A stretch of DNA of 32,000 nt from Zestosphaera tikiterensis (GCA_003056265.1 NBVN01000002.1:180001-212000); one strand, 5' to 3'. Shown: positions 23,799 through 32,000, counted from the stretch's first letter. The notes: generated from the sequence alone by a model not told the origin. Made by a program: numbers and translations.

Positions 23799-25196
23799 CT
23801 AACCCTTCTTTAAAATACTAGCGCATTCCTCAACACAGCTGATTAAATCCTTCTCGTGTAGTTTCTTAATTCTCTCATTAGACCATATTAGAAGGTGGGA
23901 ACCCTTGTCAGGGTCGATTAAATACTTCAGTGAAGCAGTAGCTAAAAACGAGGTAACTTTATATATCTCTTCGTTTAAAGCAGTTGCGAATCTGAAAGTC
24001 GTTATTCCTAAGCTCTTCAGAAGGAAGAGTTGATTAGTTAAGTAGAACGAATACTTACTTATGTCGTGAGACATATGAATAAATTCTGGGACGTTAGCCT
24101 CCCAAAATATAATTACCGACGGTTTCAAAGCCTTAGCTAGCGAAAGCTCTAAAGCGTAGAGTTCGTCTACGCTATAGCTAGCCGGGTTTAAAGACTTCAC
24201 TTCAAAGTATGTCTTGATGATCTCCTCAGCTAAGTCTTTAGGAACTCCAGAGCTTATTAAAGCGTTTAAAGCGTTTCCAAACCACTCACTAGGTGATGAG
24301 CTGTAACTCACTATTAAGAGTTTACCCAACCTATTGAGTTTAGCTAGCGAAGCTAGTAAAGGCACCCACAACTGGTAGGTGGGCCTTACCTCATGAGCTA
24401 CGTAAACATAAGAACCTTTAGGTAAGTTCCCTAAAGACTCGCTTAAAGCTTTACACGGCATTCTTAAAGTTTCACTTGAGGGTGGGGGTACTTCAGCAAG
24501 TACTGGCGGGAACCAAAACTCAACGCCAAAACCCTCCCTTATAGTGTAGGGGACTTCAGAAACTTCTATCTGCGCCCCACGCATCTTAACTAAATGTGCT
24601 TTCCTCACAAGCAATCCATGGGTTTGCTCCTGTCTTAAAGTTATTAAAGCATCAGCAACGTACTCTACATCGCTGACTGAGGCATCACCATCGAGAATCT
24701 CAACAGTTAACACCAACACGCCCCTTAAAGCTTTAGATAACGTATATATGAAGTTCTGAAGCCATGCCCTCCTAGATATATCCGAAGCTAAAACCCTTAA
24801 AACAGGCGTTATAGAGTCGATAATTAAGATCCTAGCTTTCATTTCATTAACTACGTTAGTTATTAAGTTGAAGAGATCCTCAACATGCTCAAGAGTTCCA
24901 GGGATGGGCACGTTAATAAACTTCATTAAACCCCTATCCTCCAACTCTTGGAAGTTCATCCCAAGACCTAACATATTCGTGTAATGCTTTTCTTTAAACT
25001 CCTGCGTGGATATATAAACACATGGGTAACCCCTTGAAGCATTAATAAAGCAAATCCTAGAAGCTAAGGTTGTCTTACCGGTTCCAGGACCACCAACTAT
25101 AGCTACGATACCACCTAACTTAATAGCTGACGTAAACCTACGGTCTAACTCCTCAACACCGAAAACAAAATACTCGTTTAATCCCTCCACACCCAT
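23799..25196 (-). CDS. KaiC/RadA-like RecA-superfamily ATPase with a degenerate second domain
   Basis: 465 aa. The first domain has Walker A VGGPGTGKTTLA and Walker B ILIIDSIT. The C-terminal half has similar length and layout but no P-loop; the equivalent position reads YVAHEVRPTY. Confidence 0.75.
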   Translation of the reverse strand: MGVEGLNEYFVFGVEELDRRFTSAIKLGGIVAIVGGPGTGKTTLASRICFINASRGYPCVYISTQEFKEKHYTNMLGLGMNFQELEDRGLMKFINVPIPGTLEHVEDLFNLITNVVNEMKARILIIDSITPVLRVLASDISRRAWLQNFIYTLSKALRGVLVLTVEILDGDASVSDVEYVADALITLRQEQTHGLLVRKAHLVKMRGAQIEVSEVPYTIREGFGVEFWFPPVLAEVPPPSSETLRMPCKALSESLGNLPKGSYVYVAHEVRPTYQLWVPLLASLAKLNRLGKLLIVSYSSSPSEWFGNALNALISSGVPKDLAEEIIKTYFEVKSLNPASYSVDELYALELSLAKALKPSVIIFWEANVPEFIHMSHDISKYSFYLTNQLFLLKSLGITTFRFATALNEEIYKVTSFLATASLKYLIDPDKGSHLLIWSNERIKKLHEKDLISCVEECASILKKG

Positions 25197-25270
25197 ATTA
25201 TCAAACCTGCGTAAAACGTTATCCTCCTAAGTTAAATATTTATGGAACATGTATAAATATTTTTTAATTA

Positions 25271-25711
25271 TCAACCACACACAAACTCAACGTAGCTGTC
25301 AACGCCTTCAAAAATCTTAACTAAGAATTCATATCCCTTACCAACTAACGCTTTAGAAACTTCATCGCAGACATACTTAGCTAAGCATTCAGCAGTAATT
25401 AACGAACAATCTAAAGAAACTAAACGCGTTTTAAAAGGCCCTTCAAACCTAACTTTATTTAAGTCTGAAGCAGGTATTAGTAAAGAATAATCTAAAGACT
25501 TAACCAACCCCTCAATCAATTCCTTAAGCTTAAGGAAATCAACAACCCAATAACTGCTAACATCTAAAGAACCAGAAACACAGACCTCAACGCTGAATGT
25601 ATGTCCGTGAAGAAGTAAAGAACCGCCAACCGGTGTGTAGTGAGCTGAGTTAAAATAAAACCCACCAACACAATCACGAAACTTCATCACATTAACCACC
25701 TGACTTACCAC
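25271..25711 (-). CDS. 6-pyruvoyl-tetrahydropterin synthase / QueD (COG0720) family protein, atypical active site
   Basis: The Zn-ligand histidines are present (NSAH, LHGH), as are VVDF and SLDYSLLI. The Cys of the QueD Cx3HGH motif and the His of LDHxxLN are absent. An alternative ATG at 25687 would remove the 20-nt overlap with the upstream gene. Confidence 0.75.
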   Translation of the reverse strand: MVSQVVNVMKFRDCVGGFYFNSAHYTPVGGSLLLHGHTFSVEVCVSGSLDVSSYWVVDFLKLKELIEGLVKSLDYSLLIPASDLNKVRFEGPFKTRLVSLDCSLITAECLAKYVCDEVSKALVGKGYEFLVKIFEGVDSYVEFVCG

Positions 25712-26852
25712 CTCTAAATATCTTCTTCAAATCTTCAACATTCCAAGACATCTTAGGAACATACTCCTCCCACTTCCTATAGGGAATCGTGTACTTACCC
25801 GTAAAACTAAGTAACATAAGCCGAACCCTATCGTTAATTACCTCAAAACCCCACTCCATACCCAACAACTCAAGAAACTTAAGCAAATACTTCACAAGAA
25901 AGAACGGAGAAACAACAAAAACAACACCCTCACCCCTATCCAACCTTAAACCAGCACTAGCGAAAAGAGGATGCGTAACTAAACCCTCCAAAACACGAGC
26001 AACAGTAAAAACATCACGTGACTTAATAACAACCATGAAAGAACAGCCTAAAACCTCATCGTAAATAGGTAAGGTTGCTATCCTAACACCTCTAATAAGG
26101 TAAGGTATATGTTCTGAAGCATGCTTACGAACCTTACCCAACGGAATCCCTAAAGAACTAGCTATCTCACTTAAAGAAGCTAAAGGATCTTTCTCCAACT
26201 CCTTAATTATACCTAAATCAATAGCGTCAAATCTAACTCTACTCGCATCTTCAAGTCCTAACATTAACGAATTCCCTACATAATAATCAGAGAAAACCTT
26301 ATCCATATAGTTCTTCAATTTAACGAAGGAATCCTCACTCAACGCCTTAGATAAATCCATTAAACTATCAACTCCATATAGAGACGCTAACGTTCTGTTT
26401 CTAATTCTTTCATGAATCTCTATGACGTCGTTTACATTATTCGCAACCTCTGAAGGCAAATTACTTAACAGCTCAAAATCTTTAGGAACATAAAAAGAAT
26501 ATGCATACCCACTGGGTACGATTTCTGTAACACTTCTTAAAAATCTTAACTCAGCTTTAGATGCGAGCTCTTCTCTTGAATAATCCGTAATTATCATGGC
26601 TACTTTTAAGTTTAGTCTACTCATGAAATACTCTATAGTTAGATATAAGCTCTCATTTTGCCTTAGCTTATAAAGCAACTTTAACTTGTTGATTGCTGTT
26701 CTAGTATCTATGTTTAATTTCGTAGCTATATACTTAGCTATTTTAGACCTACCGATAACCCTTACACTGTAAAGGCTCTCTAGTAATCTTGGTTCAAGCA
26801 TCTTCTTCCCTAACCACAATATATTTTCTATGTTAATTCTTAAAAGAGGCAT
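25692..26852 (-). CDS. Two-module HTH protein (Lrp/AsnC-like HTH plus ligand-domain-like repeats), predicted regulator
   Basis: 386 aa. The second module shows a clear AsnC-type HTH (DAIDLGIIKELEKDPLASLSEIASSLGIPLGKVRKHASEHI). The first has a weaker HTH-like stretch (RSKIAKYIATKLNIDTRTAINKL). The function is not recognisable. Confidence 0.55.
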   Translation of the reverse strand: MPLLRINIENILWLGKKMLEPRLLESLYSVRVIGRSKIAKYIATKLNIDTRTAINKLKLLYKLRQNESLYLTIEYFMSRLNLKVAMIITDYSREELASKAELRFLRSVTEIVPSGYAYSFYVPKDFELLSNLPSEVANNVNDVIEIHERIRNRTLASLYGVDSLMDLSKALSEDSFVKLKNYMDKVFSDYYVGNSLMLGLEDASRVRFDAIDLGIIKELEKDPLASLSEIASSLGIPLGKVRKHASEHIPYLIRGVRIATLPIYDEVLGCSFMVVIKSRDVFTVARVLEGLVTHPLFASAGLRLDRGEGVVFVVSPFFLVKYLLKFLELLGMEWGFEVINDRVRLMLLSFTGKYTIPYRKWEEYVPKMSWNVEDLKKIFRGGKSGG

Positions 26853-27095
26853 ATCATATTAGTTTAAGTATTTGTTCTATTTCAAGTAAAGTTTACCCTC
26901 TCTGAAACGAAGCTTACTTTGGTGGTAATAAAATGAAGGCTGAAACCTTAGTAAAGGTGGTTAAAACACTAAACAATCCTTACGTAGTATTAGCTGTGAG
27001 TTTCGCAATAGCTCTCAGTAGCAAGAAGCTAATTCAACCTCTAGGAGATCCCATGCCTAAAGATCCATCACCGTTTTAAGATATTGTAGTGTATT

Positions 27096-27317
27096 TTAAG
27101 TTCCGTTTATTTTTTTGATTATGAATTCAGCTACTTCTTCACTGTCTAGAAGTTGTACGAGTAGTTTCTTTAGTTTTTGTTTACCGTTTTCTTCGTTTAC
27201 TAAGTCTTTCAGTTTTTTATTGTATGTTCTTAAAGACATGAAATCTAGTACGTAGTAGAGTCCCGGTGCGAGCGTGTTCAACTTATGTATGTTTACCACC
27301 TCTCCCATACCCATCAT
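27096..27317 (-). CDS. Hypothetical 73-aa protein
   Basis: An ORF in an AT-rich patch. It is Lys/Glu-rich and predicted helical, with no recognisable family. It may not be real. Confidence 0.35.
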   Translation of the reverse strand: MMGMGEVVNIHKLNTLAPGLYYVLDFMSLRTYNKKLKDLVNEENGKQKLKKLLVQLLDSEEVAEFIIKKINGT

Positions 27318-27445
27318 TTACTATGTTGTGCTAATAGCTATATTCACTATGTGTAATTAACTATGGTTTTCATATACAGTAAAGTTTATAAATGGTTCTT
27401 ATTTTGTTTCCCTTGAGTTTCTTTCCTAATTTAATGAAATGTTTA

Positions 27446-27943
27446 TTAAGTGTTTTGAGGTTCTTTCTGTAAAACCATGAAGGTTTCAGTTGATTCTACT
27501 TCTTCTATTGAAGGTAGGTATTTCAGGAGGAACTTAGATAGTTCTTCCCAAGTCCTTACCCAAGCCCTAAGTATTATGTCGTAAGCTCCAGTCACTATCG
27601 ACGCCTCCTCTACCAACGGTAGGTCATTCCTACTCCTAGTTTCGTTTACTATCTTCCTAGCTAGCTGTATCTGATCTAACTTTACGCCAACGCCTTTCCT
27701 TACTTTAATCATTATATACGCGTAGTAATTGAAGCCTAAGCTTTGAGGGTTTATATCCACAGTGTATTTCCTAATAACACCACGTTCTTCAAGCTTCTTG
27801 ATTCTCTGCATTATCGTTGTACGTGGCTTCCTTAAGTTCTTAGCTATATCGCTTACTTTAGATCTTGAGTTGTTTTTAAGTGCTTCAATTATCTTTAAGT
27901 CTAACTCATCTAAAGCCTCGTTTTTAACCTCTTTTAAGGGCAC
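27446..27943 (-). CDS. Lrp/AsnC-family transcriptional regulator
   Basis: 165 aa. The HTH is LDLKIIEALKNNSRSKVSDIAKNLRKPRTTIMQRIKKLEERGVIRKY, followed by a RAM-like C-terminal domain. The GTG start overlaps the upstream gene by 10 nt. Confidence 0.9.
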   Translation of the reverse strand: MPLKEVKNEALDELDLKIIEALKNNSRSKVSDIAKNLRKPRTTIMQRIKKLEERGVIRKYTVDINPQSLGFNYYAYIMIKVRKGVGVKLDQIQLARKIVNETRSRNDLPLVEEASIVTGAYDIILRAWVRTWEELSKFLLKYLPSIEEVESTETFMVLQKEPQNT

Positions 27944-29166
27944 CCAACCACCCCAGGCGGCTTAGGGAACGGCACCGCCTCCCAAACATATCTAAGCTTT
28001 AGTAAATATCTTGTATATCTCTCAACACCCAACCCAAAGCCTGCTGTAGGAGCTATCCCAGCTTTCAACGCGTTTAAAAACCATGAATACCTTTCTAGGT
28101 CCTCATTTAACTCACGCAACCTATTAACTACATATTCATACCTATACTCTCTTTCACCACCGTCTATAACTTCACCGTAGCCTTCAGGAAGTATTAAGTT
28201 AAAGTCTCTATTCACCGTCGGATCCCTCTCATCTTTTAAGTAGTAGAAGCCCCTACTACTTGATGGGAACCCAACAATCCAAAACGGTTCTTTAAAAGCT
28301 TTGCTTAAGCCCTCCTCAGCTTCCTGAGGTAACTCGCCCCCCGCGCTAACTTCATACCCTAAACCCCTAACCACCTCTAACACTTCTTTAAAGCTTAACC
28401 TCCTGTACGGTGGTTTAAAACACTTAAGGTCTGGATTAAACTCACTTACTATGTGGTTAAGCCTTTCCTTAACATCTAAACACGACTCGTAAACAAGCTT
28501 CTCACCAAGTTTAATCACGTCATCTACAGTCGCTCCAGACCACTCAAGATCTAACTGAGTAAACTCCACTAAATGCCTTCCAGTACTTAAGTTATGTGGG
28601 GGTTCCTCCCTTACGTTCCTAGCCATGAAGTATATCTTACCTAAAGCTGTCGCAGCCACTTGCTTAAACATAATCGTGCTTGAGGTTAACTCATACTTAA
28701 AACCGTAGAGTTCCGTAGTTAATTTTCTAGCACCTCTTAATCCAGGATCGCTTACTGGGGAGATTACCGGTGGGAGTAACTCAATAAAGCCTTCTGAATC
28801 CAACACGTTTCTAAAAGACTTAATTAACTCGTGCTGTACTTTAAGCACTTTCCTATACTTAGGTAGTTTAATAGTTAAATACGACATCTTAGAAAACCTT
28901 TCAGGGTTTGAAGGATCTAACGCATCAACACCTAACGAATTCACACCCACGTTAACAAGCTCTACAGAACCTTTAACGCAGTCCCTACCCACGAAACCCT
29001 CAATTAAAACCTTAACTAAGGCTTCGTTACCGTTACGTATAAGTTCACGTAACTTACCAACGATTTGAGGTGGTTTTACGTAAACCTTAAGCGTTTCAAC
29101 ACCTTTCTCGACTGTAAGTAAGCCTTCCTCAACCTTCACAACCCTACCTACGAAAAAACCCTCCAT
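27934..29166 (-). CDS. Divergent class IIb aminoacyl-tRNA synthetase paralog (Asp/Asn-tRNA ligase family)
   Basis: Motif 1-like GFIELLPPVISP, motif 2-like GRHLVEFTQLDLE and motif 3 GFGLGVERYTRYL are present, along with LILPEGYGEVIDGGERE. I trimmed the start to the ATG at 29166, because a TATA-like element at 29199-29207 lies inside the longer TTG-initiated track ORF. Confidence 0.75.
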   Translation of the reverse strand: MEGFFVGRVVKVEEGLLTVEKGVETLKVYVKPPQIVGKLRELIRNGNEALVKVLIEGFVGRDCVKGSVELVNVGVNSLGVDALDPSNPERFSKMSYLTIKLPKYRKVLKVQHELIKSFRNVLDSEGFIELLPPVISPVSDPGLRGARKLTTELYGFKYELTSSTIMFKQVAATALGKIYFMARNVREEPPHNLSTGRHLVEFTQLDLEWSGATVDDVIKLGEKLVYESCLDVKERLNHIVSEFNPDLKCFKPPYRRLSFKEVLEVVRGLGYEVSAGGELPQEAEEGLSKAFKEPFWIVGFPSSSRGFYYLKDERDPTVNRDFNLILPEGYGEVIDGGEREYRYEYVVNRLRELNEDLERYSWFLNALKAGIAPTAGFGLGVERYTRYLLKLRYVWEAVPFPKPPGVVGCP

Positions 29167-29198
29167 TGAACTTAACACCGGGTTTAGAAGATCCTCCC

Positions 29199-29207
29199 AT
29201 TTAAAAA
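29199..29207 (-). promoter_or_regulatory. TATA-like element (TTTTTAAAT on the minus strand) upstream of the aaRS paralog
   Basis: It is centred ~37 nt upstream of the ATG at 29166. Confidence 0.35.
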
Positions 29208-29398
29208 GGGATATGACATTATGACTTAATATTAGATAATATTTAACTTTATGATTTAATATACTCAATGATGAAAGGTATTTTATCGTTTAATCAAGTT
29301 GTTATTAAGTCATTTAGACTTTACGACATATTTTTTGTATTAAGTATTTCCCTTAAACGTTATTACCTTTTTAAACTACCTAACGTGGTGGTTAGTTA

Positions 29399-30550
29399 AT
29401 GCACATATATGAGCTTCCTACACCAGCCGTTCTCGTAGATTTAAACAAACTTGAAAATAACGTAAGACGTGCTGCTGATTTAGCTAGGAAATACAATAAG
29501 AAGTTATGGCCTATGGTGAAGACGCATAAATCCCTATATATAGCTAAGTTACAGAAGGAATACGGTGCTGAAGGTTTTCTATGTGGTACGTTAGATGAGG
29601 CTGAAGCGTTGGTTGAAGCTGGGTTAAGTAAAAACTTAATGTTAGGTTATCCGATAGTCGATAAGGAAAACCTCCTACGCGTTATTAAACTCGTTGAGAA
29701 TGGTGCTCGCGTGATTTTAAGAGTAGATAGTGTTGCTTCAGCTGAGTTAATAGATAAAACGTTAACGCAACATAACGTTGTGGTAGATTACGTAGTTAAG
29801 GTTGACGTAGGTCAAAATAGGTTGGGTGTAAAGCCTGAGAAGATAGTGGACTTCGTTAAATCTTTAAGTAGGTTTAGAAGTTTAAAGTTTGTTGGGATAG
29901 CTACACATCCAGGCCATGCTTACAGAGCTTTAAACGCTGAGGAAGTGCGTAAAGTGGCTAAAGACGTAGCTTTAAAGTTTGAAAACGTCGTTAAATCTTT
30001 AAGGGATGCTGGCTACGAGTTAGAGTTTATAGGTACTGGATCCACACCAACTTTTAGATTTGACGTTAACGAACCTATATACACTCACTTATTCCCAGGT
30101 AATTACGTATATTACGATAGAATCCAAGCGTTAGTTTTCGGTTCCGCTGAACTCAACGATTGCGCCTTAACGGTTTTAGCTACTGTTATATCCATCCCAG
30201 AACATTCCGAAGGTAGGTTAGCTGTAATTAACGCGGGAAGCAAAACGTTAAGCGTTGATAGGGGAGCTCACGGCATAGAATCTATTAAAGGGTACGGCCA
30301 TATAGTCGAACATCCTAAAACCACAATAGTAAGCCTATCGGAGGAAATAGGCGTGGTTGACATAAGTACAGACCCCACAGTTAAAGTCGGGGAGAAGGTA
30401 AACATAATACCTAACCACTCATGTATAGTTAGCAACGCAACAAGTTATTTAATCGCACATAGAAACGCACGAGTTATGAAACTAATCAAAGTAGATATGA
30501 GGAATAACGTAAAAACCCCTGAAATCATTTCCTCACTACAATTCCTTTAG
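29399..30550 (+). CDS. Fold-type III PLP enzyme, D-threonine aldolase / D-serine dehydratase (DSD1)-like, alanine racemase N-terminal domain family
   Basis: 383 aa. The N-terminus PTPAVLVDLNKLENN and the lysine motif PMVKTHKS are as in this family. The C-terminal beta domain has HSC. Confidence 0.75.
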   Translation: MHIYELPTPAVLVDLNKLENNVRRAADLARKYNKKLWPMVKTHKSLYIAKLQKEYGAEGFLCGTLDEAEALVEAGLSKNLMLGYPIVDKENLLRVIKLVENGARVILRVDSVASAELIDKTLTQHNVVVDYVVKVDVGQNRLGVKPEKIVDFVKSLSRFRSLKFVGIATHPGHAYRALNAEEVRKVAKDVALKFENVVKSLRDAGYELEFIGTGSTPTFRFDVNEPIYTHLFPGNYVYYDRIQALVFGSAELNDCALTVLATVISIPEHSEGRLAVINAGSKTLSVDRGAHGIESIKGYGHIVEHPKTTIVSLSEEIGVVDISTDPTVKVGEKVNIIPNHSCIVSNATSYLIAHRNARVMKLIKVDMRNNVKTPEIISSLQFL

Positions 30551-30979
30551 ATGCATACACCAGCATACTATCATTTATCAACTTGAAAGAATGAAGAATG
30601 TTTTATAAATCATCTAGCTTATGAACCTATAATAGTTACATCGTAAGTTAAACCTTAAAGATCCAAGCTAAGGAGTGACCTCAACAGGTATTAACCTATG
30701 ATGTAGCCTAAATATAACTCAGTCTTCTTTAAGTAAGCTACGACACCAACTTTAAACCTTCATCTATATCAAGAACCTCAGTTACGGTCTTGGAACACTA
30801 TAGTTCTTTTCTTAGTGACACATGAGTTCATAGTCAGATCAGCATACAACATCAATTAGAACCCTTAAACATTTTAACGGATACCCTCTTTAACATCGAA
30901 AGAAGAAATTGGAAACCTTTTAGTCGTCTATCATATTAAGAACTAAGAACTAAGGTTAGGGATGAATTAAGAACTTTTA

Positions 30980-31056
<77 letters not shown>

Positions 31057-31126
31057 TCTAATGCTTTATTGAATTAAGGTTAATTAATTTTTCTGCTGAC
31101 GTAAGGTGTTTAAGCAAGTTAAAAAA

Positions 31127-31540
31127 TCATAATGTTGTTTGGGATCTATCAACGTAACCTACTCTATATTTCCTCGGTTTAAGTATGTTTAAAACTGCTT
31201 CAAACCCCCTCCAAGGTTCTGTGTGTTGACCGCATGTGTATATGTCTACGGTTGCGTATTCGTATTCTACCCACGTATGTATCGCTATGTGTGACTCAGT
31301 AACTAAAGCTATCGCTGAAACCCCTCCTTTCCTACCTCCGAATCTCCAAGACTTAACCTCTACTAACGTAGCTCCGGAAGCTTTAACTGCCTCAAGGACT
31401 GTATTACGTATTAATTCCTCATCGTTTAGAAGTTCTTTTTTAACGCCGTAGAGGTTTGCGTATAGATGCTTACCGATAATTAACTCATCGTTTATATTTA
31501 ACCTATCCTTACTGCCGCCCTCCCTCACTTCCCACGTCAC
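31127..31540 (-). CDS. speH: Pyruvoyl-dependent S-adenosylmethionine decarboxylase family proenzyme (SpeH type; could be the crenarchaeal arginine decarboxylase paralog)
   Basis: 137 aa. It has GKHLYANLYG, the self-cleavage region ALVTESHIAIHTW and VDIYTCG. The start is a GTG. Confidence 0.85.
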   Translation of the reverse strand: MTWEVREGGSKDRLNINDELIIGKHLYANLYGVKKELLNDEELIRNTVLEAVKASGATLVEVKSWRFGGRKGGVSAIALVTESHIAIHTWVEYEYATVDIYTCGQHTEPWRGFEAVLNILKPRKYRVGYVDRSQTTL

Positions 31541-31649
31541 GCCTCTCTACATCATGATTTTCATCGCAGGAGAGTTTATAAACTTATCCCCACATACGCT
31601 GAAGGCAATTAATTTATTCCCACACGCGGATATTAAGTAGGTGGATATA

Positions 31650-32000
31650 GTGAGTGATGTGAAAGTGGAGAAAGGTGGGCAGGCATACTTCATAAGGTTT
31701 CCAGACGGTAGTAAGGCTTGGCTAGCTTTTAAGGAGGAAGGTGGTAAGCTACACCTTATAGAGACTTACACACCAGAACAGCATAGGGGTAAGGGATATG
31801 CTGCGAAACTTGTTGAAGCTGCTGTGGAAGACGCTGAAAAACGAAATCTAAAGATAGTCCCTATCTGCAGCTACTCAGTTCATTACTTCATAAGAAATAA
31901 AGAGAAAAGACACTTACTGGACGAGCCTTACGCCTCAATGAGTGAGGAAGAACTTCAGAACTACTATAAAGAAAGACTAAACGCTGAGAAAAGCAAGCAT
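31650..32000 (+). CDS. YjdJ-type GNAT-like acetyltransferase domain protein, 3-prime end beyond the window
   Basis: The frame is open from a GTG cluster (31641/31650/31659) to the window edge. The segment HRGKGYAAKLVEAAVEDAEKRNLKIVPICSYSVHYF matches the small GNAT-like family with the P.CSY motif. It is absent from the ORF track because no stop occurs before the window ends. Confidence 0.65.
   Translation, partial: MSDVKVEKGGQAYFIRFPDGSKAWLAFKEEGGKLHLIETYTPEQHRGKGYAAKLVEAAVEDAEKRNLKIVPICSYSVHYFIRNKEKRHLLDEPYASMSEEELQNYYKERLNAEKSKH

Noticed and set aside
25789-26064. 91-aa plus-strand ORF inside the double-HTH gene
   Set aside because: It is an antisense shadow ORF.
27762-27965. 67-aa plus-strand ORF opposite the Lrp gene
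   Set aside because: It is an antisense shadow ORF.
29167-29268. TTG-initiated 34-codon extension of the aaRS paralog
   Set aside because: The extension contains the TATA-like element and has no similarity to aaRS N-termini. The ATG at 29166 is preferred, but this remains uncertain.
31236-31451. 71-aa plus-strand ORF inside speH
   Set aside because: It is an antisense shadow ORF.

Overview
This window looks like a chromosomal segment from a thermophilic crenarchaeote. The evidence is Cren7, a Sulfolobus-type OB-fold SSB with an acidic tail, TFB, a thermosome, RNA polymerase subunits K and P, GC-rich tRNA stems in an AT-rich genome, and a BHB-type tRNA intron at a non-canonical position. Several TATA boxes sit about 27-37 nt upstream of start codons, which suggests leaderless or near-leaderless transcripts. 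Most of the window is tightly packed housekeeping genes for translation, transcription, tRNA processing, topoisomerase, chaperonin and polyamine metabolism. I found three tRNA genes and one C/D-box sRNA candidate. I saw no CRISPR array, rRNA, transposase or integrase. The standout is a five-gene, overlap-coupled minus-strand operon at 3548-10788. It encodes a class-III-signal-peptide pilin, a FlaI/PilB-type ATPase and a FlaJ/TadC-type membrane platform. These are followed by a 746-aa cysteine-rich orphan protein with propeller-like repeats and a VirB4/HerA-type (FtsK-HerA superfamily) ATPase. A winged-helix gene is transcribed divergently from back-to-back TATA boxes. Hand-counted G+C in this operon is lower than in the surrounding genes. 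I interpret it as a candidate pilus-coupled macromolecule (possibly DNA) translocation system, and this is inference only. Secondary leads are listed here. (1) A GC-rich, foldable, ORF-poor spacer at 11163-11377. (2) An orphan PqqD/RRE-like gene coupled to ssb. (3) A divergent class IIb aminoacyl-tRNA-synthetase paralog overlapping an Lrp/AsnC gene. (4) A PTPS/QueD-like protein that lacks catalytic residues and is coupled to a double-HTH protein. (5) Two unusually long ORF-free spacers. All family assignments come from motif recognition by eye, and no database search was possible.
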